A model generated the notes under the pieces. The model saw nothing but the letters and a program-made list of their open reading frames with translations. It made no database searches and was not told the DNA's origin. From IMG/VR virus record IMGVR_UViG_3300006735_000023, positions 15,144 through 79,143 of that record: a stretch of DNA of 64,000 nucleotides. One strand, written 5' to 3'. Positions 40,517 to 49,851 of this stretch are shown here, in pieces. Each line of letters opens with the position of its first letter. The stretch's first letter is position 1. Made by a program: the position numbers and the translations under genes. Source of the DNA: a virus.

Positions 40517-41092
40517 ATGCCTTTAATAAATAAAATACCAACCATATCATCAGGAGATTATAAAAATTATAATGCATATTTTGATGAAACACCAGGAAGG
40601 GCGGCGGTACAATATGTATTAAAACCTAAAATGGTAATAAGTGACACAGAAGGAGTTTTTAGAACAATGTTAGGAGATTTAAGTAGAGATGAACCTTATG
40701 CGGATTTCACATCTGTTTATGTAAACACTTTTATTGATTATACATTTAAGAAAAATCCAGCTTATAATACAAAACAAGGAAATATTAAAGTAAAAAATGG
40801 AGGTACAATGATAATTCAAACACCACAAGGTGAGAATAACCCGATGTACAAGTCCCAACCTACTTTTTTAATGGCTTTTCCAGGTAGAGATACGTTAGCA
40901 TTAAATCCTCATACTAAAATGTTAACTAATACTAAAGTAGTTACACAGGGAGGGTTAGCGGTAGATAAGACAGCAAATAACGCACCAAATAACACACCAA
41001 CACCAACACCATCACCAAGTTCCACTAGTATGGGAAGTTCTTCATCTATGGGAGTAGGTGGAGGAATGGGATCAGTAGGTGGAGGATATTAA
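40517..41092 (+). CDS. Hypothetical protein with P/T/S linker and GGGY C-terminus
   Basis: ORF in structural operon. Confidence 0.6.
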   Translation: MPLINKIPTISSGDYKNYNAYFDETPGRAAVQYVLKPKMVISDTEGVFRTMLGDLSRDEPYADFTSVYVNTFIDYTFKKNPAYNTKQGNIKVKNGGTMIIQTPQGENNPMYKSQPTFLMAFPGRDTLALNPHTKMLTNTKVVTQGGLAVDKTANNAPNNTPTPTPSPSSTSMGSSSSMGVGGGMGSVGGGY

Positions 41093-41106
41093 ATAAAGAA
41101 AATAAA

Positions 41107-42429
41107 ATGGCAGTAAATCAAGGATTTTTTAAGAAAGTTGAGGAGGGGTCCTCAAAAATTAAACCAATAACTGTTTTTACCGACAGTGTAACATTAAGTG
41201 GTAAATCAGCAAAATATTACGCAGCTGATCGTAGAAATCTTACGAATCAACAGAATAATATTTTTATGACAATGAACTTACCACTAACACCAACACAACA
41301 AACAGTGTTTCAAGGTAATTTTGCTACAGGAACAAGTTACAATTTTTCAGGTACAAGTGGATTCAACCAAAATGTGATAATTTATAGTCCAATTACAGGA
41401 ACAAGTTATGGTGAATTAGTTGTAGGACACTCAATACACATGAAAGTACCAATCCAAACTGCCGATACAACATTTGGTGCTTATTGTGGAGTTATTCCAT
41501 GTGTACAAACAATTGATATATACGGTTCTTACCAATACCAGGGAGGGTATCAAGACACATTTGATATCTTAACTTCTGAAAGTAGTGCAAATGCGGTAGA
41601 ATTTGGACAACCAATGTATAATATAAATGGGGATTTAGTTAACTATGACCCATATAAAAGTAATATTGTATTTTTATTTTCTGATTTTGTTAGAAGACCT
41701 AATAATGACTCGGCTAAGTCTTGGGCAACTCAGTCAGCAAACGCTTTAATAAACACTAATAAAGTTTATAAAGATGGTAAAGATCCTTTTAATTACGAAT
41801 CAATCAATATAAGTGGTAGAGATATAATTGATGTACCAGTAGGGTTATGTAGATTAGATTCAGGATTTTGTGCAATTACTCATCCTTTTATTGTTAACGC
41901 TTTTGCCTTAACGGCTGGAACAGTAACAGGTGCTGGATGGGTAACACCATCTGATGGTAGTTATGCAGGTCCAGGTACAGTACAATCGGGTACAGACTCA
42001 GTAGGTGCAGAATGGGCACAAGCTAACAGTGCTTCCAACTACGGAGACACTAACTTTAATGCAGGTTGGTTAAATCAAGGGGATAGTGGTTCACCATTTA
42101 CCGCATTATACTATACAGGAGGTACAGATAATGGTGGAACCGCAGGACAAACAACCGCAATTTCTGCATCAACATCATTTAGAACAGTAAGTACAGATTA
42201 TGTACAAAGTATTACTTGTGTTGCTGAAGCAGGATCATGGACTACCTCAACAAATCCAACTTGGGTGGAACAATATGGAGACCAAGGACCTAACAATTCA
42301 GGGGTATATGTAACGAAGATAGGTTTATGGGATGCTAATCAAAATTTATTAGGGGTGGCAGTTCCAGACACACCAATATTAAAAACTGGTACACAATTTA
42401 TGACTGCAACTCTTAACTTAAAGAGATAA
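41107..42429 (+). CDS. Structural protein with C-terminal tail-collar-like motif
   Basis: STNPTW..VYVTKIGLWDANQNLLGVA..PILK, paralogous to the C-terminus of 35996..38386. Confidence 0.6.
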   Translation: MAVNQGFFKKVEEGSSKIKPITVFTDSVTLSGKSAKYYAADRRNLTNQQNNIFMTMNLPLTPTQQTVFQGNFATGTSYNFSGTSGFNQNVIIYSPITGTSYGELVVGHSIHMKVPIQTADTTFGAYCGVIPCVQTIDIYGSYQYQGGYQDTFDILTSESSANAVEFGQPMYNINGDLVNYDPYKSNIVFLFSDFVRRPNNDSAKSWATQSANALINTNKVYKDGKDPFNYESINISGRDIIDVPVGLCRLDSGFCAITHPFIVNAFALTAGTVTGAGWVTPSDGSYAGPGTVQSGTDSVGAEWAQANSASNYGDTNFNAGWLNQGDSGSPFTALYYTGGTDNGGTAGQTTAISASTSFRTVSTDYVQSITCVAEAGSWTTSTNPTWVEQYGDQGPNNSGVYVTKIGLWDANQNLLGVAVPDTPILKTGTQFMTATLNLKR

Positions 42430-42449
42430 CAGGCTTATATTTTCCTCAT

Positions 42450-43040
42450 ATGGAAAAAAAAGGTACTATATTAGGATTAGATGTCTCAACAAAAACAATA
42501 GGAATTGCTTTGTTCAATTTGGATGGTAAGTTATTAGAATTAACACATATCACACCAAGACCAAAACCAAAACCAGAAACAAAGGTAGGTGAGTTAATTA
42601 AAAAGGCTAACATTTTTAAGGAGTTTATACAAAAATATAAAAAATTAAACGTCGTAAAAGTAATTATCGAAGAACCGTTATTAAGAAGTAATAATGTTAA
42701 TACTGTGGGTACTCTTTTAAGATATAATGGTATGATATCTAAAATATGTTACGATGATTTAGAAATTTTACCAGAGTATATTTCCACATATAACTCTAGA
42801 AAATTTGCATTCCCAGATTTAATGAAAGCTAGAAAAGAGGGACTTAAACCAGTTTTATTTGGTGGATATGACACAAAAATAGATAAAAAAATGGTTATTT
42901 GGGAAAAAGTATCCCTTTTAGAACCACAAATAGTCTGGCTTTATACTAGAAATCAAACACTCAAAAAAGAATCCTTTGATATGACAGATGCGTACACATG
43001 TGTCTTGGGTCATATGAAAGAAAAAGGTATTTGGTCTTAA
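42450..43040 (+). CDS. ruvC: RuvC-like Holliday junction resolvase
   Basis: ILGLDVSTKTIG, IIEEP, DMTDAY catalytic motifs. Confidence 0.85.
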   Translation: MEKKGTILGLDVSTKTIGIALFNLDGKLLELTHITPRPKPKPETKVGELIKKANIFKEFIQKYKKLNVVKVIIEEPLLRSNNVNTVGTLLRYNGMISKICYDDLEILPEYISTYNSRKFAFPDLMKARKEGLKPVLFGGYDTKIDKKMVIWEKVSLLEPQIVWLYTRNQTLKKESFDMTDAYTCVLGHMKEKGIWS

Positions 43041-43069
43041 TTGACATCCTCCCCATATATTCGTATTTT
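43041..43069 (+). promoter_or_regulatory. sigma70-like promoter TTGACA-N17-TATTTT upstream of primase
   Basis: TTGACA 43041-43046 and TATTTT 43064-43069 fill the 35-nt intergenic gap. Confidence 0.5.
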
Positions 43070-43075
43070 TAACAC

Positions 43076-44032
43076 ATGGCGAATGAATTTATACTTGATA
43101 TTTTAGACGAAATCCTAGGAGAAAGACAAAAATCTAACGAAGGTAAACAACAGGTAAGTTATGACTGCCCTGTTTGTTCTTATGATATAAAAGGTTTACA
43201 AGATGGCGACGGTAAAGGAAATTTTGAGGTTAATTATCGTTTAGGTGTTTATAAGTGTTGGGCTTGTAGTGAAACACATGGAACTCATGGTAGTTTACGT
43301 AAATTAATTAATGTCTATGCACCAAAAAAAATAAAAGAAAGATATTTTTCTCTGGTAGACGGAAGTAATTTTGAATATTCAGAAGCCAATATAGTAACAG
43401 AAAAAATTGGATTACCTAAAGAATACATTCCCTTAATTAATAACACAAAAGAAGATTATCATACAATAAGAGTTATGAGATATCTAAAAAGTAGGGCGAT
43501 TACAAAAGATATTATAAATAAAAATAAAATTGGTTTTTGTAAAAGTGGAAAATATTCAGGTAGAGTAATAATACCTTCCTACGATAAATACGGTGAATTG
43601 AATTACTTTATTAGTAGAAGTTATGTAAATCATAAAATGAAATACCTTAATCCTCTTACCTCGAAGGAAGATATAATTTTTAATGAGGATAAAATAGAAT
43701 GGGATAAGAATTTATTTTTAGTTGAAGGAGTCTTCGATTCATTATTCATACCCAACTCAATACCCATGTTAGGTAAAGTTATGGGGGATAAATTATGGGA
43801 AGTAATTTATAAAAAATTAACGAAAAAAATATTTATAGTATTAGATTCTGATGCTTGGAGTGATGCAATAAAATTATATAAAAAACTAGATGGTGGGAAA
43901 CTAAAAGGGCGCGTTTTTATAACAAAAATACCAGATAATACAGACGTTGCCGACATAGTTAAAGACCATGGTTTAGAAGAATTAAAAAAAATATTATTAT
44001 CATCTGGTAGATTAAAAGAAAGTACATTATAA
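43076..44032 (+). CDS. dnaG: DNA primase (Zn finger + TOPRIM)
   Basis: CPVC..CWAC, GRVIIP, KYLNP, LVEGVFD, LDSDA. Confidence 0.9.
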   Translation: MANEFILDILDEILGERQKSNEGKQQVSYDCPVCSYDIKGLQDGDGKGNFEVNYRLGVYKCWACSETHGTHGSLRKLINVYAPKKIKERYFSLVDGSNFEYSEANIVTEKIGLPKEYIPLINNTKEDYHTIRVMRYLKSRAITKDIINKNKIGFCKSGKYSGRVIIPSYDKYGELNYFISRSYVNHKMKYLNPLTSKEDIIFNEDKIEWDKNLFLVEGVFDSLFIPNSIPMLGKVMGDKLWEVIYKKLTKKIFIVLDSDAWSDAIKLYKKLDGGKLKGRVFITKIPDNTDVADIVKDHGLEELKKILLSSGRLKESTL

Positions 44033-44799
44033 TGGAAACAATAAGAGAATTAGCAAAATTTAATCATATTAAGTATTATGATAAACCACACAAATATTAT
44101 ATCGATGGAGAAGAAATGATTTCAGCGACAACCTTTATTGGTAAATTTAAGGAAAAGTTTGAGGAGGATTATTGGTCTAAAAGAAAGGCAAAAGAGAGAG
44201 GAATAACACAAAAAGAAATATTGGCAGAATGGAAACATAAGGCATTAACATCAACAGAAAAAGGTACAGCCTTTCATGAATATGCGGAAAACTACCTTAC
44301 TAACAGAATTTTTCCTTACCCTGAAAAAAGAATTAATTCTGTTCTAGGAGAAGGAAATGATGTTAAAGAAAGATTTGATAAATTGGTTAAGTTATTTGAC
44401 AAATTCTATGAAGATTCGTACGGTAGACTAATCCCAATTAGGGCTGAACTTGTTGTAGGAGATAAAGAATTAGGTATTTGTGGTATGGTCGATCAGTTAT
44501 TCTTTAATGAAAAAAGTAATAAGTTGGAAATATGGGATTGGAAAACAAATAAAAAGATTGATAAAAGTAATAGATGGCAGAATTTCAAAGAACCGGTTTC
44601 ACATCTAGATGTTTGTGAACTTAATACATATTCTTTACAATTATCACTATACAAATACATCATAGGTAGAAACACGAACATTGAACTTGGAGACTGCTAT
44701 ATTGTCTGGTTTAATGAAAAAAATGATAAATATTTTCCAATAAAATGTCATGACTACACAGAGGAAATAAAATTAATGATAGAATCGTACTCAAAATGA
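44032..44799 (+). CDS. PD-(D/E)XK exonuclease
   Basis: GTAFHEYAE, CGMVDQLF, IWDWKTN, YSLQLSLY. Confidence 0.85.
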   Translation: METIRELAKFNHIKYYDKPHKYYIDGEEMISATTFIGKFKEKFEEDYWSKRKAKERGITQKEILAEWKHKALTSTEKGTAFHEYAENYLTNRIFPYPEKRINSVLGEGNDVKERFDKLVKLFDKFYEDSYGRLIPIRAELVVGDKELGICGMVDQLFFNEKSNKLEIWDWKTNKKIDKSNRWQNFKEPVSHLDVCELNTYSLQLSLYKYIIGRNTNIELGDCYIVWFNEKNDKYFPIKCHDYTEEIKLMIESYSK

Positions 44800-45605
44800 T
44801 AAAAGTAATATATCACATAGCGGATATCCACATAAGATTATTTAAGAGACATGAAGAATACCAAAGTGTCCTTAATAAGTTCTATAAAATGGTAAAAAAA
44901 GACATTGGAAAAAGAGGTTTGTCCAGAGATGAAGTAAGAATCGCCATAGCGGGAGATCTAGTACACTCCAAAAACCAAATGACACCAGAATTAGTTAGTT
45001 TTGTTATAAAAATGCTTAATGATTGTACCAGCATTTGTAAAACTGTAATAATTTTAGGTAATCATGATTTTCTCGCAAACAATTTAGATAGGTTAGATGC
45101 GTTATCACCACTTATTGAATCATTAAAAAATGAAGACATATTATTTTATAAAGATACTGGATGTTATGAAGACGATAATGTAGTATGGTGTGTTTATTCA
45201 CAAGTAACAGGGTCTGATAGACCTAATATAGAAGAAAAAAAGGAAGAATTACCTGAAAAAAAATACATTGGATTATACCATGATCCAATAATGGGATTAA
45301 AGACTGATGTGGGTTACGAGTTTGAAGATGGTCAAGAAGTAACTATATTTGAAGGTTTAGATTGGACACTTTGTGGGGACATACATAAACGAGAAGTATT
45401 AATTATTGATAAAAGACCAGTAATAATGGTGGGGTCATTAATACAACAAAATTTTGGTGAAGGAATAAATAAACATGGGTTTTGTATAGTTGATATAGAA
45501 AAAGATAAGTACGAATTCAAGGACATAAAAAATGAATATGGATTCTATACTTTTAAGATAAAATCTATAGACGATATAGAAATGGAAAAAGAAATATTAT
45601 TATGA
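44796..45605 (+). CDS. sbcD: SbcD/Mre11 (gp47-like) metallophosphoesterase nuclease, short C-terminus
   Basis: ADIH, AGDLVH, GNHD, GDIH, GSLIQQNFGE. Confidence 0.88.
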   Translation: MIKVIYHIADIHIRLFKRHEEYQSVLNKFYKMVKKDIGKRGLSRDEVRIAIAGDLVHSKNQMTPELVSFVIKMLNDCTSICKTVIILGNHDFLANNLDRLDALSPLIESLKNEDILFYKDTGCYEDDNVVWCVYSQVTGSDRPNIEEKKEELPEKKYIGLYHDPIMGLKTDVGYEFEDGQEVTIFEGLDWTLCGDIHKREVLIIDKRPVIMVGSLIQQNFGEGINKHGFCIVDIEKDKYEFKDIKNEYGFYTFKIKSIDDIEMEKEILL

Positions 45606-46072
45606 AAATAAAAGTTTTAGAAGAATTGGAAGATGAATTTAGAAAATTCTGTAAATTAAATGAAATAGAAGACATAAATAAAGAAGCTTATAACTGTTTC
45701 ATTTCAGGTTTTAATGTTAGAAAATACGGACCAACACCAATAGGCCAAAAAGAGGTGGTGGAAAAAGTTGTTGAGGTGGAAAAAATTATTGAAAAAATTA
45801 TTGAGAAAGAAGTACCAATAACCGATGATGTAAAAATACAAGAATTTATAAAAGAAATAGAAAACTTAAAAAATAACTATAATGATTTACAAGGTCTAAC
45901 TAATGAAAAAGACAATCAAATAAAGGCTTTAAGTTCACAAACTCAATTTTATAAAACACAAATATCTGGACTACAAAAGGAGATGGAAAAACGTACAGGG
46001 CCTTTACAAAGATTAATGAGAGGTGATTTCCTAAGAGGCTCTAAACTAAATAATAACTTATACGATGACTAA
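45602..46072 (+). CDS. Coiled-coil protein with EKIIEK repeats
   Basis: EVVEKVVEVEKIIEKIIEKEVP then coiled coil; overlaps both neighbours. Confidence 0.65.
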   Translation: MKIKVLEELEDEFRKFCKLNEIEDINKEAYNCFISGFNVRKYGPTPIGQKEVVEKVVEVEKIIEKIIEKEVPITDDVKIQEFIKEIENLKNNYNDLQGLTNEKDNQIKALSSQTQFYKTQISGLQKEMEKRTGPLQRLMRGDFLRGSKLNNNLYDD

Positions 46073-48410
46073 AATAAAAGTACCACCTAAGGCAAATCTT
46101 AGAATTTTTTGGGAAGACAAAGCGGAAAACTACACCCAACAACGAAGAAAAAAAGTTGAGTCATACTTTAGAAACAAATACGGAGTAAAAAAAGTTAACC
46201 TAATTTTCAAACCAACAAAAATTAATGAAAAAACAGGAAAAGTAGAAATAGACATTAGTGAGAATATAATGGATGATAATTACCAAAAAAAGTTATTTGC
46301 ATCCTGGTTAAGTTTAACAAATCATGAAGTTGAGTGGGAAAGATTACTAGCTCTAAACACTAAAGTCCAAGAAAAATTAGAACAAGAAAGAGATATTGAT
46401 TATAGACATCGTACTTGGAAAATTAAAAAAATAGAATTTGATAATTTTTTATCTTTTGGTGAGGGCAATGTTGTTGATTATTCTAAATTAAATGGAATTA
46501 GTGTTGTTTCATCATCTCCTCCTAATTTTGGAGGTAAAACTATTTTTTGTTTAGATCTTCTACTATTCCTATTGTTTAATACCACAACCAGAACCTCAAA
46601 AACTATAGAAATTTTTAATAAATATTCAAATCAAGATAGAGTAAGGGTTAAAGGGTATCTGATTATTGATAATGAAGAGTATAGTATTGAAAGAGGTATT
46701 ATACGTAGAAAAACTAAAAAAGGAGATTGGGCGGTAAAGACAGAACTAAGATTTCAAAAAATAATGGAGGATGGGTCGGTATTGAATTTAGAAGGAGAAC
46801 AAAGAAGAGAAACAGATGAACTTATAAAGAAAAGTATAGGAACATATGACGATTTTATGGCAACAATAATTTCTACCGCTTCCAACCTAGAAAACCTAAT
46901 TGAAACTAAACCAACGGAAAGAGGTAAAACACTCTCTAAATTCATAGGATTAGAAATATTAGAAAATAAAGAAAAAATAGCCAAAGAAATGTATTCCAAC
47001 TGGAATAAAACATTAAAGATGAATCTTTATAATACCGAAGAGTTAAAAAATGATAATAAAATTCTTAAAGAAGATATAGAAGAAGATGAAAAATTAAAAG
47101 TTGGAGAAAACGCGTTATTAAAACAACTTGAAAATAATATTGGAGATATTGATAATGAAAAAGAGTTTTACCTTTCCCAAAAAACAAAGATTGATGATAA
47201 CTTAACCAAGGTTAAACCCAATGAGATACAAGAAGAAATACAAAAGATTGAAAAAAAGATAACCGATGCAGATAAACTCTACGAAGAAAGAGAAAAAGAA
47301 ATAACTAATATTGGGAATACAAATTACGATATTGAAATATACACCTCACTTACACAAGAAGAAAAGGATGTAGAAATACTCATAGTAAAAAAGAATTCTG
47401 AAATTAATGTAAAACAAAATCAAGTTAAAAACTTAGAGAATAGTGAATTTTGTCCAGTTTGTAAAAGAGCTATGGAAGAAGTGGATCATAGTAAAGAAAT
47501 AACAGAAGTTAAAAAACAAATTGAAAAATTTGAGGACGAAAAGGTTAAGGAACAAAAGAGATTAAAAAAAATCCAGGATAAATTAGAAAAACAAAAACAA
47601 CGTAAAAGTAATTTTGATGAGGTAGAAAAAATTAAAATAACACTTAGTAGGATAGAAATTGATAGGGAGAGGTGGGAGTTAGAAATAGAGAGAAAAAAAG
47701 AAGTAATAAACAAATACAACACCAATCTTAAAGCAATTGAAAATAATATAGAGATAGAGAAAAAAATTGTTGATGCTAATTACAGAAAGAGTAAAAAATC
47801 TTTAGAAAGAGATAACTCATTAAATAAAATTACAAGTATGTCATCAAGAATTGCGGTAAATCAAAAAACTCTAACTAATAATGAAAAGATTATTGAAGTT
47901 ATAAAAAAAGAGGAAGAGATAGATAATGTCTTTAGAGTATTCATTCAAATGGTAGGAAAAAACGGTATCGGTAAAATTGTTATGAATAATATAATTCCTT
48001 CGATTAATAATGAGTTAGAAAGATTGCTAAGTGACACAACTGAGTTTGATGTTAAGTTAGAACTTAATGAAAGAAAAGAGATAGAATTTCACATGATGGA
48101 TAGGAAGACTCAAATATCCAAACCTCTAGTCGCTGGTAGTGGATTCGAAAAAACTTTAGCCTCGTTAGCTCTAAGATGTGTTCTTACTAGAATTAGTTGT
48201 TTACCAAAACCTAACATAATTGTTTTAGATGAAATACTAGGTAAGGTATCAAATGAAAATCTTGAAAGAGTCTCTCAATTCTTTGATAAGGTAAAAGAAT
48301 ATTTCCCTATTGTTATGTTAATCACACATAATGAAATGGTTAAAGACTGGTCTGAAAAAATATTAACAATAACAAAAAAAGATAACATTAGTTCTATTTG
48401 TAGAGTCTAA
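46065..48410 (+). CDS. sbcC: SbcC/Rad50 (gp46-like) ATPase with N-terminal extension
   Basis: FDNFLSFG, PNFGGKT Walker A, CPVC zinc hook, GSGFE signature, IVLDE, LITH. Confidence 0.9.
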   Translation: MTKIKVPPKANLRIFWEDKAENYTQQRRKKVESYFRNKYGVKKVNLIFKPTKINEKTGKVEIDISENIMDDNYQKKLFASWLSLTNHEVEWERLLALNTKVQEKLEQERDIDYRHRTWKIKKIEFDNFLSFGEGNVVDYSKLNGISVVSSSPPNFGGKTIFCLDLLLFLLFNTTTRTSKTIEIFNKYSNQDRVRVKGYLIIDNEEYSIERGIIRRKTKKGDWAVKTELRFQKIMEDGSVLNLEGEQRRETDELIKKSIGTYDDFMATIISTASNLENLIETKPTERGKTLSKFIGLEILENKEKIAKEMYSNWNKTLKMNLYNTEELKNDNKILKEDIEEDEKLKVGENALLKQLENNIGDIDNEKEFYLSQKTKIDDNLTKVKPNEIQEEIQKIEKKITDADKLYEEREKEITNIGNTNYDIEIYTSLTQEEKDVEILIVKKNSEINVKQNQVKNLENSEFCPVCKRAMEEVDHSKEITEVKKQIEKFEDEKVKEQKRLKKIQDKLEKQKQRKSNFDEVEKIKITLSRIEIDRERWELEIERKKEVINKYNTNLKAIENNIEIEKKIVDANYRKSKKSLERDNSLNKITSMSSRIAVNQKTLTNNEKIIEVIKKEEEIDNVFRVFIQMVGKNGIGKIVMNNIIPSINNELERLLSDTTEFDVKLELNERKEIEFHMMDRKTQISKPLVAGSGFEKTLASLALRCVLTRISCLPKPNIIVLDEILGKVSNENLERVSQFFDKVKEYFPIVMLITHNEMVKDWSEKILTITKKDNISSICRV

Positions 48411-48427
48411 TTTTATTTGTATATTTG
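48397..48427 (+). promoter_or_regulatory. Bacteroidota sigmaA-type promoter TTTG-N19-TATATTTG
   Basis: Matches the -33/-7 consensus TTTG-N19-21-TAnnTTTG upstream of 48451. Confidence 0.65.
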
Positions 48428-48450
48428 TAACATATAAAATCATATATAAA

Positions 48451-48987
48451 ATGAAAAAATACATATTATTTATTTTTGGTTATGCAAATGAAGAGTTTGT
48501 TTTAGAAACATTAGCTGATTTAGAAAAGATAAGCGATGATATAAGATTTATGACTGGTGATGGGTATGGTATCTATCATTTTGAAAGTAAAGAAACAGCT
48601 AAAGAAATTAAGGATATACTTTTTGATTATCTTGACGGAACTATACAGACCTTGTTTTTATTTTCCTTAGATAGTGAACATTCTATCGAGATGGATAAAG
48701 ACCTTAAAGATGCATTTTTAGATGCTAAATTTAGTCAGGATGATTTTGAAAAAAAATTAAAAAATATAGAAAACAAATATTTAGGTATTGTTGAAAACGA
48801 GGAAGAAAGGGTTGGTTTAACTCCCCTTAAAGAGTTATTAAAAATGCATCTAGATAAATTACCAGAAAAACCTCTTACTGTAGATGATATTTTAGATAAA
48901 ATTTTAGACAAAGGTCTAAAATCTTTAACAGATAGAGAGAAAAAATTTTTAGACAATCAAAGAAAGTTATTAAATGGAGATAAATAA
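48451..48987 (+). CDS. Hypothetical protein with C-terminal DUF6576-like motif
   Basis: VDDILDKILDKGLKSLTDREKKFL. Confidence 0.65.
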   Translation: MKKYILFIFGYANEEFVLETLADLEKISDDIRFMTGDGYGIYHFESKETAKEIKDILFDYLDGTIQTLFLFSLDSEHSIEMDKDLKDAFLDAKFSQDDFEKKLKNIENKYLGIVENEEERVGLTPLKELLKMHLDKLPEKPLTVDDILDKILDKGLKSLTDREKKFLDNQRKLLNGDK

Positions 48988-49801
48988 AGTACACACCATT
49001 GATGGTATCGATGGATTAAGAATGTTAGAGAATGATAGTGTTGATTTGGTAATTACGTCACCACCCTATGCAGATATGAAGAAATACACTGATGGTAGTA
49101 CCGGTATTCCGGTTACACAATATGTGGCCTGGTTTTTACCATTTGTCGAACACATATCAAGAGTTCTAAAACCTTCTGGTAGTTTTATTCTTAATATAAA
49201 CGATAAAGTTAGTAACAAGTTTAGAGATCCCTACGTATATGAACTTATCTATAAGATTACCAATAACACTAATCTAAAATTATATGAAAGATTATTTTGG
49301 AATAAAGGTAAGGGACTTTCACACCCTAAAAGATTTGGTGATAAAATAGAATACATTTTTTGGTTTGCCAAAGGAACAGATTTCACATTTAATATAGATG
49401 AAATGAGAGTCCCATATAGTAAGTCATCTCTAAAGAGATTCAAAAAACCAATTAAAAAAAGATTTAATAGAACTGAAGGGGATGAGAGTATCGGATATAA
49501 AGACTGGGGACCAAACCCAAAGGGGGCTCTTCCGTCAACACTAATTAACATTGGTTCAGAATCTAAAAGAATATCTGATAATCATATTGCGGTATATCCT
49601 GAGACACTAACAGATTATTTTATTAAAGGGTCTACTAATGAAGGTGATTTAGTTGTTGACCCATTTATGGGTAGTGGTACAACTGGTGTTTCCGCAAAAA
49701 AATTAAAAAGACAGTGGATTGGTTTCGATAATATAGAAAAATATGTTATATTTGCTAACCAAAGAATAGAAGAAACAAAAGTAAATGACAAAATGTCATA
49801 A
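48974..49801 (+). CDS. DNA methyltransferase, N4-C/N6-A family, beta class
   Basis: TSPPY catalytic motif precedes DPFMGSGTT SAM-binding motif. Confidence 0.92.
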   Translation: MEINKVHTIDGIDGLRMLENDSVDLVITSPPYADMKKYTDGSTGIPVTQYVAWFLPFVEHISRVLKPSGSFILNINDKVSNKFRDPYVYELIYKITNNTNLKLYERLFWNKGKGLSHPKRFGDKIEYIFWFAKGTDFTFNIDEMRVPYSKSSLKRFKKPIKKRFNRTEGDESIGYKDWGPNPKGALPSTLINIGSESKRISDNHIAVYPETLTDYFIKGSTNEGDLVVDPFMGSGTTGVSAKKLKRQWIGFDNIEKYVIFANQRIEETKVNDKMS

Positions 49802-49825
49802 AATTCACATTGGCACGAATATTGA
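49785..49825 (+). promoter_or_regulatory. Palindrome ATGACA-AAA-TGTCAT plus sigma54-like -24/-12 element TGGCAC-N5-TTGA
   Basis: Palindrome 49785-49799; TGGCAC 49811-49816; TTGA 49822-49825; 26 nt before the sigma ATG. Confidence 0.6.
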
Positions 49826-49851
49826 ATAGTAATAATAAAAAAGAATAAACT

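Noticed and set aside
44032-44799. Cas4 / CRISPR-associated interpretation of the PD-(D/E)XK nuclease
   Set aside because: No four-Cys Fe-S cluster pattern and no cas genes or array; it lies in a replication operon
49724-49755. TTCG-N19-TATATTTGC host-type promoter inside the methylase gene
   Set aside because: Intragenic with an imperfect -33; could be a second sigma-gene promoter but cannot be distinguished from chance
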